Program-made: the position numbers and the translations under genes
In this document: in pieces, positions 37,369 through 47,202 of the stretch
How the letters are laid out: each line of letters starts with the position of its first letter
How positions within the stretch are numbered: position 1 is the stretch's first letter
The notes under the pieces: generated by a model
What the model saw: the letters and a program-made list of their open reading frames with translations, nothing else
Database searches by the model: none
What the model was told of the DNA's origin: nothing
IMG/VR virus record: IMGVR_UViG_3300009011_000002
Location: 62,001-126,000 of that record
DNA: 64,000 nt
Direction: 5' to 3' (one strand)

Positions 37369-39534
37369 ATGGCTACGGTGAGTACGCGAGATAAAGACAT
37401 TATCACCAAATCCTTTCGCATGCTCACGAGAGGTGCCCCGCCCAGCGACTTGCTTGAAATGCTCGACTGGGACAAGTATTTCAACGTCTTCAGTACCGCT
37501 ACTGGAGATAACCGTTATGTTAACACGGTAGCCCAATCCAGCCCTGCCACCGACCCTCGTTATGGGCGGATGATGCAGACCCGTGAAGGCGGGATGGGTA
37601 GCATGCACAAAGCCACCATTGAGGACAACGTTACCCTGCTGACGTTAACCCCCGGTGTTCCTCAGTTTGCTGGCTTGCTCAGTTTCATTACCAACATGTT
37701 CAGCCCCACTGCAGCGATCATTGCGAACAAAGGTCGCGCACCGAGCTGGGCGTTCTATTTGGGTCAAGCAGCAGGTTCGTTCGTATTTGCTCCAATGCAG
37801 TTGGCGAGCATTGGTGTGCAGACCTTGGCCTTCTTGTTCGATTCGCCACGTAACAACTTCTACACCGTTAAACCAGCCATGGGTGCGTACACCATGGCGG
37901 CAACTGGTGTGCTGAACGACCTCTGTGTTAAACTGGGTTACATTGACCCTGTGTTGCCGAAGAAAGCCCAAGAACAACAAGACCCGCTGTACGGTCTACG
38001 TCCTGACTACGACAACAGCAAGTCCGTCTCTGACCTCAGCATGTTCATGCCGGATGTCGTCAACGAGAATGGCACGATTGACTTCATGCGTCTGTTGATG
38101 AAGGGTACCCGTAAGCACCGTGTGATGTTGCGGGAACTGGCGCGTATGGACAACATGATTGACCTGTACACGCCGGATCAGAAACTCCAGCGTGCGCAAC
38201 AGTTGATCGAGACCGTGCAGTTTGACGACACGGTTAACTCGGGCGATCCAACTCAAGAGTTCATTGAGAAGGAAATGCAAACGGTAGGTCGCTACCGTGG
38301 TGAGGGGGAAGGCAACTACACCGAACAGGACAGTGCGTACTACAACCAGTCTGCTTACGAGAACATGAACAACACTGCAGCCGGTGTTGTGAGTGTGGGT
38401 GAGAGTGGCGGGTCATCGGCTCCGGTACCAACCGGACCGACTACCATGGGTAACGCCATGCAGACGGGAGCAACCCCTCCCCTGAACCCGAACGACCCCG
38501 CTGGTCGTCCTGTTGCATCTACCCCGAGCAACAATACCGGTGTAGCAGGCGGAGAGCAGATCTTCTACGAGGATAACCCCAAAGACCGTACGTGGTTAGG
38601 GGATGTGTCTGACCTCGTTCAAACGGCCTTTTACGGCGGTCTGGATGCATTGACCTTTCGGGTTGATGGTAGTGTGGGCCCGGTTACCGACAGCTTCTCC
38701 AGTTCCCACTCGCCATCCCCAATGGCGGAGAAGTTCAACTCCGTGGTGAAAGCAGTCAACGACTTCAAGTTTGACGTCGCTGGCGGCGCAACCGGTATTG
38801 GCATTATCGATACCTTCATCGGCACCATCAAGGAAGGTGCTATCGGTGCATTGTCGGGTACGGTGATCGGTAACATCCCTCTGGCCTTGGCAGGTAACTC
38901 CTATGTCAAGATCGCCGACCACTGGGACGGTTCTACCAGCAACCTGCACAAAGAGAACTACACCATCTATTCTGACTGCACGTACGCTCACCCGTATGAA
39001 CAGATCATGAAGATCTGGGTGCTATTCGCTGCGTTCTTGCCAATGGTGGCTCCGTTCACTGCGGGTGGTTCTACTTACACCTCGCCGTTCCTGGTGCGTG
39101 CGTTCTGTCAGTCGCGTTCGATCATCCGTACGGGTTTGATTACCCAGGCCACCTTCACCTTTGGTGCGGGTGATGCGGGTTGGACCCGTGACCGTAAACC
39201 GTTGAACCTGAAGATTGAATTCGAAGTCACTGACTTGGAACCAATCCTCTCCATTCCAATCGACCGCTCCATGAGTCTGTTGGACCTGACCAACCCTGCG
39301 GCAGTGGTACAACGTCTGTTCAGCGATGACACAGCGTACAACAACTACCTCGGTCGTTTGACCGGTCTGACTTACCTCGACACTGTACTGCGTTACAACA
39401 AGCTGAACCGTGCCCTGACCGGCATTGTGTTGGACATGCAGACCAGTATCCGCGCTGACAACATCGCGGCTAAAGTGAGTGACTCGATTGTGGGTGACTT
39501 GGGTCGTATCTTTACAAAACCAGTAGCACGTTGA
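37369..39534 (+). CDS. Virion structural protein, phiKZ gp182-like (tail tip/baseplate hub)
   Basis: About 721 aa from MATVSTRD, immediately after the tape measure gene. Confidence 0.7.
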   Translation: MATVSTRDKDIITKSFRMLTRGAPPSDLLEMLDWDKYFNVFSTATGDNRYVNTVAQSSPATDPRYGRMMQTREGGMGSMHKATIEDNVTLLTLTPGVPQFAGLLSFITNMFSPTAAIIANKGRAPSWAFYLGQAAGSFVFAPMQLASIGVQTLAFLFDSPRNNFYTVKPAMGAYTMAATGVLNDLCVKLGYIDPVLPKKAQEQQDPLYGLRPDYDNSKSVSDLSMFMPDVVNENGTIDFMRLLMKGTRKHRVMLRELARMDNMIDLYTPDQKLQRAQQLIETVQFDDTVNSGDPTQEFIEKEMQTVGRYRGEGEGNYTEQDSAYYNQSAYENMNNTAAGVVSVGESGGSSAPVPTGPTTMGNAMQTGATPPLNPNDPAGRPVASTPSNNTGVAGGEQIFYEDNPKDRTWLGDVSDLVQTAFYGGLDALTFRVDGSVGPVTDSFSSSHSPSPMAEKFNSVVKAVNDFKFDVAGGATGIGIIDTFIGTIKEGAIGALSGTVIGNIPLALAGNSYVKIADHWDGSTSNLHKENYTIYSDCTYAHPYEQIMKIWVLFAAFLPMVAPFTAGGSTYTSPFLVRAFCQSRSIIRTGLITQATFTFGAGDAGWTRDRKPLNLKIEFEVTDLEPILSIPIDRSMSLLDLTNPAAVVQRLFSDDTAYNNYLGRLTGLTYLDTVLRYNKLNRALTGIVLDMQTSIRADNIAAKVSDSIVGDLGRIFTKPVAR

Positions 39535-39535
39535 A

Positions 39536-39573
39536 CTATACCCTACGGCCCTTGTGGGGGCCGTAGGGTATAG
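39536..39573. repeat. 16-bp stem palindrome at a convergent junction
   Basis: CTATACCCTACGGCCC-TTGTGG-GGGCCGTAGGGTATAG. Confidence 0.75.
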
Positions 39574-39578
39574 GTTAC

Positions 39579-40682
39579 TTAGAACGGGTACTTCGCTGCG
39601 TCTTTGAACTGACGACGTAACTCCGCAAGGGTGTTAACGTCTTCGTACATACCCGCCATGGCTACCAACGGAATGATCTCGTCCCACTGGATCAGCAACT
39701 TCTTCATGTCGGCGCTGACACGGTTCATTACTGCCAGGTTGTACACCTTGCCAAATGAGGTCGTCTTCAAGTACCACTCAGCGCCGAGCACCTGGTTAAG
39801 GACGATCTGTACCTTGGCCAAGATAGCAGGGTAATCTTCAGGGTAAACGTCATCGTCGAACTTGAAGTTACCGAACAGTTGTTCTACAAAGTTCGGGTAC
39901 TTACTCAGTAGAACGTTACGTCCTTCTTCACCGATCAACCCGATGATGGCTTGGAGACTTTCGATGTCACCATTGGTAATGGCCAACCGAGCGGCTTCCA
40001 AAAAGGCGTCCCGACGAATCAGTTCCATCCCTTTCGGGTAAGAACCCCACAGCGTGCCATACGCGTTTGACATGCCATAGCCAACAGTCTCGTAAAGGAT
40101 GGAGTTGTACAACGCCCCCTTCACGCTGACGTCAACAAACTCGTCAATCCCCACGTAGTTACCCAGCATGTTGAGTAACTGGTTACCTACTTGACCCCGC
40201 CAGTTCTTGTTAACCCGGAAGGTCTTGCCGTCAGTGGTCAACAGTGAACCGATGTTTACACCGGTCAACTTCTTGAACTCTGCAGTTGCCTGGCTGGCAA
40301 TACGCCGCATGGCACCGGTCTTACCGTTGACGGGGTAACCGATCTCGCTACCCACTGCACCCAGGATTGCGTCATCGCTGAAGGTAATGCCATCACGACC
40401 CACCCGTACCGCTTTGGTCAGGTCCTTGGTGTTCAACAACCCACCTGACATGGCGCCGATGATACCGTCCAGCTCGTTCACAACCCGGTCTTTATAACTG
40501 GTCATGCCGGTGGTAGCGCTGGTGTCACGAGCCGTCTTGAGAGCAATACCTTCTTTCAGACGCTTACCGGTCGTATCAGCCGGGGTAAGGGTGTTCTCCT
40601 TAACGCCTGACATTGCTTGGGTGGTGGTTTGCTTAAAACTTGAAAGCTCCTTCCCCAGATCGAGACCACCGAAAATATCCAT
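39579..40682 (-). CDS. Probable virion structural protein, 367 aa
   Basis: Long ORF with RBS GAGGA in the structural neighbourhood. Confidence 0.65.
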   Translation of the reverse strand: MDIFGGLDLGKELSSFKQTTTQAMSGVKENTLTPADTTGKRLKEGIALKTARDTSATTGMTSYKDRVVNELDGIIGAMSGGLLNTKDLTKAVRVGRDGITFSDDAILGAVGSEIGYPVNGKTGAMRRIASQATAEFKKLTGVNIGSLLTTDGKTFRVNKNWRGQVGNQLLNMLGNYVGIDEFVDVSVKGALYNSILYETVGYGMSNAYGTLWGSYPKGMELIRRDAFLEAARLAITNGDIESLQAIIGLIGEEGRNVLLSKYPNFVEQLFGNFKFDDDVYPEDYPAILAKVQIVLNQVLGAEWYLKTTSFGKVYNLAVMNRVSADMKKLLIQWDEIIPLVAMAGMYEDVNTLAELRRQFKDAAKYPF

Positions 40683-40717
40683 AGGTCATCCTCAAAAAAC
40701 AAAAAATAAAAGAAGTA

Positions 40718-40739
40718 AGGCTGGGGATTACCCCAGCCT
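40718..40739 (-). terminator. Intrinsic terminator
   Basis: AGGCTGGGG-TAAT-CCCCAGCCT followed by a T-rich tail TTCTTTTATTTTTTG. Confidence 0.65.
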
Positions 40740-40754
40740 GTAACTTCAAACCTG

Positions 40755-41210
40755 TCAGTCTTCCGGAGGCTCTTCAACGATTGGAGAACCCCTGTCTTGA
40801 CCCATGATGCGAATCTCTTCAGAGACCTCGATCACGTGACCCTGTTTGTCTTTGGCACGGATGATAATCTCGCACGAATCCATCTGTAAAATTGAGAGCC
40901 CTTCCAAAAGCTTGCCAAAGGTCAGCGAAGGTTTCTGGAAGTAGGTGTCCTTGATGTTACCCGTGCGGGTGGTACGTTCAGCCCTGGCCTTCTCACGGTC
41001 AGGGGTAGTGACGACCCAGTCCAGATAATCCCGCAGATAGTTACCCCAACGTACAGGGTTCATATCCAGTTTGTTCAGAATGGCTCTGTACAACCGGGCT
41101 GGTGGGTCTCGTAGGTCTGCGTCTTCGACGTACTTCTTCGAGACGTTTCTGAGTTGTGCAGATCTAAGTCGACGTTTAGGATCTATTGCGACCTTTTTGG
41201 GCTTTAGCAT
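40755..41210 (-). CDS. Hypothetical basic protein, about 151 aa
   Basis: Start MLKPKK at 41210 with RBS AGGAGG. Confidence 0.7.
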   Translation of the reverse strand: MLKPKKVAIDPKRRLRSAQLRNVSKKYVEDADLRDPPARLYRAILNKLDMNPVRWGNYLRDYLDWVVTTPDREKARAERTTRTGNIKDTYFQKPSLTFGKLLEGLSILQMDSCEIIIRAKDKQGHVIEVSEEIRIMGQDRGSPIVEEPPED

Positions 41211-41808
41211 CCAGCCTCCTGATATTTGAGTCCAAGGCAAGACGAACCATGGTGACCAAATCATCGATCATCATTTTGAAATACGGACCGTTACAAAACT
41301 CCGCTGCCCCATTACGCCACCTGATTTGATCGCCCAGTTCGAACTGGGGTCCTAGCTCAGGGTCCCGCGGCTTATGGTAGCAATAGTTCTCCAACACAAC
41401 CAACATCAAGGTAATGAAACCCTGATAATCGTTTGCGTGACTGTACCAGTTTATGAACGGAGTTTCTTTGGCGTGGTCCGTTTGGCGGAGATGGTCTTCT
41501 GCCTTCAGGAAGACATAACCCTCTACCACCTTTCTAACGAGTTCGTAAGCCTCTGCTGCGGTTTTTGTGTGAGTGGAGATACCAAGACCATGGAACCACC
41601 TGAAGTCTTCATACAGCGCAATTTCAGCGCCTTTCAGGCAATCGTATAGATCATGTACCGTGTCAACAAAACGGGCTGTTGCAGAGTTAAACCTTTCATG
41701 CACCCGTTGTACTTCTGTGAGGAGCTCTCGCTGATAGGCGGCAGCCACCCAACGCTTCATGAACGTGTTGTTCAGGAAACCAAGGATCTTCAGCTTCGTT
41801 ACTTCCAT
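41176..41808 (-). CDS. Hypothetical early protein, 210 aa
   Basis: RBS GGAG, directly downstream of the early promoter at 41836. Confidence 0.75.
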   Translation of the reverse strand: MEVTKLKILGFLNNTFMKRWVAAAYQRELLTEVQRVHERFNSATARFVDTVHDLYDCLKGAEIALYEDFRWFHGLGISTHTKTAAEAYELVRKVVEGYVFLKAEDHLRQTDHAKETPFINWYSHANDYQGFITLMLVVLENYCYHKPRDPELGPQFELGDQIRWRNGAAEFCNGPYFKMMIDDLVTMVRLALDSNIRRLDAKAQKGRNRS

Positions 41809-41835
41809 GAAAACACTCCAGGTCTAATCTCTTTA

Positions 41836-41852
41836 GTAATATAGGTTTGAAA
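41836..41852 (-). promoter_or_regulatory. Early promoter TTTCAAACCTATATTAC
   Basis: Copy of the repeated motif with an exact TATATTAC. Confidence 0.75.
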
Positions 41853-41856
41853 AACT

Positions 41857-42441
41857 ATGGACACCCCAACTCCAGCCCCGGTAGCACCGGCGGCTAAGCC
41901 TGCTCCGGTCGACCTTCTGTTGCTGGAGGAAATCGGACCCCGTGAACCTTCTCCTACCAAGATGGTACCCGCCATTGGCCACGACGAAGTCGGTGAAGCC
42001 ATGGAGAAGATCCGTACCGCTTTGGTAAAGAAGGTTGAAGACGAAGACCAGACCCAACTGGTAGACGCCATTCAAGAACACCGTACTCTGTTGCTGAAAT
42101 ACGTGACACAGCAGTACCTGTCTAACCCGAAGAGTGCGTCTTTGCTCATCGGCCTCATCTCCCTGATCAACGACATGGAAAAGACTGTCCGTGACGACCG
42201 TAAAGAGAAGATGAAGAAAGAGGACAGCCAGAACAACATCGTGGCGTTCAACCAGATGGTCGACGCGATGAAGTCTATCTCGGCGGGCAAGATCGATCTG
42301 CCGGTGTTCGACATGCAGGCGTTTATCCTTGACCCTACCAAGTCCCTGATTACCCCAGGCATGGAAGGGATCAACCCGATCACCGAGCAAGAGCTGGTGC
42401 AGGGCAACGCCATCGTCGATATTGATGGTAAAGCGGTTTAA
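41857..42441 (+). CDS. Hypothetical protein, 194 aa
   Basis: ORF with phage codon bias, helical. Confidence 0.75.
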   Translation: MDTPTPAPVAPAAKPAPVDLLLLEEIGPREPSPTKMVPAIGHDEVGEAMEKIRTALVKKVEDEDQTQLVDAIQEHRTLLLKYVTQQYLSNPKSASLLIGLISLINDMEKTVRDDRKEKMKKEDSQNNIVAFNQMVDAMKSISAGKIDLPVFDMQAFILDPTKSLITPGMEGINPITEQELVQGNAIVDIDGKAV

Positions 42442-42465
42442 AAGATAGCTAGCCCACTGAAGAAT

Positions 42466-42498
42466 TACTACCGTCCTGGCACTGCCAGGACGGTAGTA
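42466..42498. repeat. 16-bp stem palindrome, 1-nt loop, at a convergent junction
   Basis: TACTACCGTCCTGGCA-C-TGCCAGGACGGTAGTA. Confidence 0.75.
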
Positions 42499-42509
42499 TA
42501 CAGGGTCTA

Positions 42510-43250
42510 TTACGCTTCCCGGTAATCGTAGAACGCATGTGCGACCGGCACCATCTTCACCACCAATGCCAGCACCTTGGCCACCGCATGGATACGGTCA
42601 GAGATCAACCCGATGATATGCTCCGATTCTTCAATCAGGATATCAGGGATGACAATGGTGGTATCTGGAATCGGGGTTTCGGACAGCGTTGCGTTAAACG
42701 CTTCAGACGCTTGGCTCATCATCAGGTCGTACTTGAACACGTACGCAAACTGACGGTAGAACAACGGCGTGAGGTTGGTGTTGTTGACACTGATGACCTT
42801 CACATCCGCCAACCCCTTGAACGCACTCTTTGCGTACTTGATGAAGTCGGCTTCGGTTTCCTCGTCGAACTGGTAAGGCCAGATGTTGACGTGGAGATCA
42901 ATACCCTGGATGTTGATGGGTTTCTCCGACAGCCCTTCTTGGTCGAGGATGACCTTGATCATGTCGTCCATGAAGTTCGTCGGGTAGTACATCAGGAAGT
43001 GTTGCAGGCTGCGTTTCTCGAACAACTCGTCGAACCGTTTCCGGTTGATGTTGAAGTCCGGGTATTCGAAGAAGTCGAAACGACGTTCTTTGTAGCTCTT
43101 GGCGAAGTGCACGTCCCACAGACGATCGCCTTCCGCTTTACGTGCTTCGTCACTCCCTTGGAAGTCTTCGGTTAAGAGCCACTGGATCAACCCCCGACGG
43201 TAATCGTAGAGGGTATGGAGTTCTGCATAGACGTTCAGGCGACGGTTCAT
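42510..43250 (-). CDS. Conserved hypothetical / virion protein, 246 aa
   Basis: ORF in an operon with the vRNAP small subunit (ATGA-type overlap). Confidence 0.7.
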   Translation of the reverse strand: MNRRLNVYAELHTLYDYRRGLIQWLLTEDFQGSDEARKAEGDRLWDVHFAKSYKERRFDFFEYPDFNINRKRFDELFEKRSLQHFLMYYPTNFMDDMIKVILDQEGLSEKPINIQGIDLHVNIWPYQFDEETEADFIKYAKSAFKGLADVKVISVNNTNLTPLFYRQFAYVFKYDLMMSQASEAFNATLSETPIPDTTIVIPDILIEESEHIIGLISDRIHAVAKVLALVVKMVPVAHAFYDYREA

Positions 43251-43657
43251 GCTGCAGGTTCCTCCGGTTCAACTTGGAGAATCAGCTGGTCACCGTAGAC
43301 CTTGATCATCAGCAGGATGGTGTGACTCACGGTAGCCCAATCATCATGGACAACGACTACCTCATCACCCAAGGTGCCCTTGTAGACGTCGGTCATGCAG
43401 GCCCTGAATTTATTCAGGAGCTCGGTACGCGTAGGACCAAGGTCAGTGTACACCTGCATCTGGATCGTCATCCAGCGGTGCATGGCGTCAGAGCTATCAC
43501 TGACACTCTTCATGAAGTTCGAATACCCGCCCGCAAACTCGATCAGGGGTACCGAGGCCAGACTGAACAAAGGACCCTTGATCGATTGGCGGGTATCCTC
43601 TTTCAGGTCCTTAAAGAGTTCTGCAATTACCTGCTTGGCGTGGATCAAGTCTTCCAT
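43247..43657 (-). CDS. Hypothetical protein, 136 aa
   Basis: Operonic ORF. Confidence 0.7.
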   Translation of the reverse strand: MEDLIHAKQVIAELFKDLKEDTRQSIKGPLFSLASVPLIEFAGGYSNFMKSVSDSSDAMHRWMTIQMQVYTDLGPTRTELLNKFRACMTDVYKGTLGDEVVVVHDDWATVSHTILLMIKVYGDQLILQVEPEEPAA

Positions 43658-43659
43658 TG

Positions 43660-44343
43660 TTAGCCGTACCGTTTGTGAAGGTTGTTATCGATACCACGAG
43701 CCCGGAGCAGGAAGTGAGCGGTGCTCAGTACCTTGGCAATCGAGCCACGACGCAAGCTGGCGTTCGTGGTGGTTTTACCCGTCGTCAAGATGTCGTTCTT
43801 GTATGCCTTCAATGCATCCAAGTCACCGCCCTTGACGTTGTACAGTTCGTTGGCCATGATCGTAAGCCCCAAGTTCCGCAGTACGGTGATCTCGGGCATA
43901 CTGATACCGGTGGAGCGACTGTCGCCCATAACCTGGCCAGTAAGGTCGTCGATTTGACTGTCATCTTTCGATGCACTGAATTTCTTCACGAGCATCTGAC
44001 GCTGTTTACGGAACTCGACCATTCCGACCACTACCTTGTGGGGGGTAACGGATTTGATGCCAGTGTCTTCGTCATAGATGACGAGGTGTTGTTCCAACGA
44101 GACCCCGTACTTGTCTGCTAGCTTCAGCAGATTTTCGTACTTGATCATTTCTTTCGGGTTGTAATTGCTCGCCCAAACTGCCAGCGGCATGCCCTGTTCC
44201 ATCCTGACGACAAACTCTTCGATCTGCTTGTCGTTCATCTGGCCGAACAGGTTTTGGTAAATGGTACGATTACCGCCGCCGTCGGTCAGAGCTCCCATGA
44301 AATCGTACACGTATTCTTCGAAAGCTTTCCGATGGGCAGCCAT
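43660..44343 (-). CDS. Virion RNA polymerase beta subunit, C-terminal part (phiKZ gp149-like)
   Basis: DDLTGQVMGDSRSTGISMPEITVLRNLG...ELYNVKGGD aligns by eye with RpoB [24 protein letters not shown]...EMLTVKSDD. True start is MAAHRK at 44343. Confidence 0.8.
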   Translation of the reverse strand: MAAHRKAFEEYVYDFMGALTDGGGNRTIYQNLFGQMNDKQIEEFVVRMEQGMPLAVWASNYNPKEMIKYENLLKLADKYGVSLEQHLVIYDEDTGIKSVTPHKVVVGMVEFRKQRQMLVKKFSASKDDSQIDDLTGQVMGDSRSTGISMPEITVLRNLGLTIMANELYNVKGGDLDALKAYKNDILTTGKTTTNASLRRGSIAKVLSTAHFLLRARGIDNNLHKRYG

Positions 44344-44347
44344 GGTG

Positions 44348-44734
44348 TTAGTCCTTTTTGCGTTCGTACTTGTATTGGGTGAGGATCTTGCTGGTGGACG
44401 TACCCACTTCACGTACCATCGACATGTAGGGATCGTCCGGGGTGTTGCTGATGACCACGAGCTCTTCGAAGAGCATCGAAGCGTTTTCCAGCGTTTGACC
44501 AAACGCGGTTTTGTTCTTGTCGTCAATGTCGATGACATTCAACGAACGGTCGAGGTTGCTGAGACCGTATTTGCCCGAGACTGTAAACAGACTGAACACA
44601 CAGGCCATGCGTTCAGCGCGTGCTGCCAATACCTGACGCAGGCGGTTGATGTAATCCACCGGGTCCTTGCACAGGTTCATGAAGTTGCTGTCTGCCAGCA
44701 CCAGTACTACACTCGGGGTTTGAATAGCTTCCAT
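44348..44734 (-). CDS. Hypothetical protein, 128 aa
   Basis: Operonic ORF with RBS GAGGAAAGGA. Confidence 0.7.
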   Translation of the reverse strand: MEAIQTPSVVLVLADSNFMNLCKDPVDYINRLRQVLAARAERMACVFSLFTVSGKYGLSNLDRSLNVIDIDDKNKTAFGQTLENASMLFEELVVISNTPDDPYMSMVREVGTSTSKILTQYKYERKKD

Positions 44735-44799
44735 TTTGTCCTTTCCTCATGACGGGGGTGAATGGGGACCAGAAAAGAAGTCCCCTTTATAGATTGAAA

Positions 44800-46227
44800 T
44801 TACTTCACCCAGTACGCTTCACGTTCGCCCAAGGCTACCTTGAGCAGTTCCATGGTGGAGACAGTTTTCTTGTCGATCTCCGGGTTGATGAACCAGTAGT
44901 CCACCGTGTTCTCCAGGATGTCATTCCAGTCCAACCCGAGGTCTTTGATCTTGGTGTACAGTTCTTGCGGAGTGATGCGGTACTTCTTGTCCATGCCGAG
45001 CCAGAAGTATTGCATGAACCACATCTGGTAGCAGATGGTCAATGCACGTTCCAGCTTACGGTCTTCGAGGATCTTCTTCCGGATGGTGGTGCGTCCCACC
45101 TTGCAGTCCGGGTAAAGCACGCAGGCGTGACTGATCGCGCTACCTTCCAACCCGAACATATTGTTGGTTTTCATAGCATGATACATCGTCAGGCCTTCTT
45201 GGATCCCTAGTGACTGGGAACCAATAAAGAAGAAATTGCCACCACTACTGCCATTCTTGTTGCGGTATGGAGTAAGGGTGTAATAAATGAGATCAGGGTT
45301 TTCACGTGCATCTGCATCGATTACTACGTCCTTGCCAAATGGATCGGGGTACATCCATTCTTGGCCTTGCTTGAGTGCGGAACCCCGGATGATTTCGAGC
45401 CCAATCGGCGGACGACGCATGAGCGACTTCGGTGCCTTGAGCTTCTTGCCTTGACGGATGAACACCGACTCTTTCTCGAGCGGCTTACCCGTCATGTTGA
45501 TGATGTCGACTACTTGAGCCAACCAGAACTGGAACATCCCACAGGTAGCCCCCATGGTGTCACAGTCTTCGTAGACGATACGGCGCATGTTGCCGATCTT
45601 CATGTCACGGGTGTTCTGCGTACCACCGGCGTCGACGTCTTCGTCCTGGAAGTGTTCGGAGACCTTGATGAATTCCATTTCGGAGATGGAGTCAACCACT
45701 GGCATACACGGGTTGAGGATCTTGAGGTTACCACCCTCGTTGTCCGGGTACGGTGTGGTGATGTACACGTCTTCCTTGTTCTTGATCGACAGCTTGACCT
45801 GCTCACAATAGTTCTTGAAGAAGTTGTGAGTCCAAGTGCCGTCGTAGTCGTCTTTACGACTGAAGTAGAAGAAGCGCTGGTCGAACAGCTTGTCGTAGAA
45901 GTAACCCGGAATGCCGATCTCACGGTCAACGAAGTCAGCCAGGCGCTTCATGTTGAACGTGCCTTCTTGGTCGATGAGGAACACGACCGAGGTATGGATA
46001 CGGAGCAACATCCGCGCCATGTTCAAAACCGTCCACCCAGTCTTCTGAGTGTTGTTACCGCCAATGATGGCGTTGTTGCTGCATGCACCACCGTTCAGGT
46101 AGGTGACCCCATCAGGACCTACAACGTACTCCCCCGTGATCATGTCCGTAACCGGCGAGGTGTTAATCGACGGATTGATCATGTCGGACGATTTAAATTT
46201 CTTCAAGAACTCGTAAGGCGTCGCCAT
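44800..46227 (-). CDS. uvsX: UvsX/RecA-like recombinase (phiKZ gp152-like)
   Basis: Divergent Walker A IIGGNNTQKTG, LIDQEGT and Walker B-like PVVDSISE. Synteny with the gp149 and gp153 homologues. Confidence 0.8.
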   Translation of the reverse strand: MATPYEFLKKFKSSDMINPSINTSPVTDMITGEYVVGPDGVTYLNGGACSNNAIIGGNNTQKTGWTVLNMARMLLRIHTSVVFLIDQEGTFNMKRLADFVDREIGIPGYFYDKLFDQRFFYFSRKDDYDGTWTHNFFKNYCEQVKLSIKNKEDVYITTPYPDNEGGNLKILNPCMPVVDSISEMEFIKVSEHFQDEDVDAGGTQNTRDMKIGNMRRIVYEDCDTMGATCGMFQFWLAQVVDIINMTGKPLEKESVFIRQGKKLKAPKSLMRRPPIGLEIIRGSALKQGQEWMYPDPFGKDVVIDADARENPDLIYYTLTPYRNKNGSSGGNFFFIGSQSLGIQEGLTMYHAMKTNNMFGLEGSAISHACVLYPDCKVGRTTIRKKILEDRKLERALTICYQMWFMQYFWLGMDKKYRITPQELYTKIKDLGLDWNDILENTVDYWFINPEIDKKTVSTMELLKVALGEREAYWVK

Positions 46228-46340
46228 TTGATCATTCTTCCTGATATTTTATGAACTTTAACCACAAGGGCTTTATTGCCTGTTTTTAGGGCAACTCTCA
46301 AAACTGCCCTCCCCAAACTATACCGATACCGAGGACAGTA

Positions 46341-47147
46341 ATGGAAAATTTTATCCAGCTGGTTAAACACCCTGAGCCACTCTCTGTTCAAGGCTTCGAA
46401 GCACTGAGCATTGGCGAGAGCTTCAACCTCTTCTTCAAAGAGATGGCCAACTCCATCGACAAGAAGATGGCTACCCTCAGCAAGAGCATTCATCCCGTGG
46501 ATATTGATCACGTCCGGAAATACCTGACCAAGAACAATATCCTCTACGTGAAGAACACCCACACCGAAATCCTGACCCCGGAAGCCTTCACCCCGGGCAT
46601 GGGTAATATGATGGCACACACCAAAGCCATCACCGAGGGTGTGTACGTTATCACCACCCTGAAGACCGAAGCTGCAAGGCTATATGATTGGCTGAAACAG
46701 ATCATCAAGAACGGGCGTATGTCGGCACAGTTCTCGTGGTCTGTGGGTGACTTCGGCAATGCGGTTACCAAAGCCGAGAACTTCATCAAGAACCTGCCTG
46801 ACAGCGGGCGGCAGTCGCGTTATACCCTGGGTCAGGTGTACATCAACTTCGAAGAGTTCTACGAAGCGACCAACCTGTTCAACCACTACGTCAAGACCAT
46901 CGGTGGCCGTGACATCGAGCTGATGGCAAAGGACCTGGGTAACGTTTACGACCTCGGCCAACTGCTGGTGAAGAAGATCCATGCCAACGACATTCGTTTC
47001 TCGCAACAGGCGATTGACGACATCGAAGCCGTGGTGAACAAGTTCATCGAGCTCACCAACATCAGCGGTGCCCTCATGGTGCTCCTGAATGAGCTCACAG
47101 CGGTGTTCAACGCACAAGCCGAGACCCTGATGAAGCTGAAGTACTAA
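46341..47147 (+). CDS. Virion (head) protein, phiKZ gp153-like
   Basis: 268 aa. N-terminal GFE|A and SIGE|S resemble prohead-protease sites. Synteny fits. Confidence 0.6.
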   Translation: MENFIQLVKHPEPLSVQGFEALSIGESFNLFFKEMANSIDKKMATLSKSIHPVDIDHVRKYLTKNNILYVKNTHTEILTPEAFTPGMGNMMAHTKAITEGVYVITTLKTEAARLYDWLKQIIKNGRMSAQFSWSVGDFGNAVTKAENFIKNLPDSGRQSRYTLGQVYINFEEFYEATNLFNHYVKTIGGRDIELMAKDLGNVYDLGQLLVKKIHANDIRFSQQAIDDIEAVVNKFIELTNISGALMVLLNELTAVFNAQAETLMKLKY

Positions 47148-47159
47148 GCGGCTATAAGC

Positions 47160-47192
47160 CTACCCCTACGGGCTCTGAGCCCGTAGGGGTAG
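47160..47192. repeat. 16-bp stem palindrome, 1-nt loop, at a convergent junction
   Basis: CTACCCCTACGGGCTC-T-GAGCCCGTAGGGGTAG, with CTATA/TATAG flanks. Confidence 0.75.
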
Positions 47193-47202
47193 TTACCTAT
47201 AG

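Noticed and set aside
43660-44538. ORF-track N-terminal extensions (e.g. 44538, 13460, 17876, 60927, 63588)
   Set aside because: They overlap upstream genes or promoters, and better RBS-supported ATGs lie downstream.
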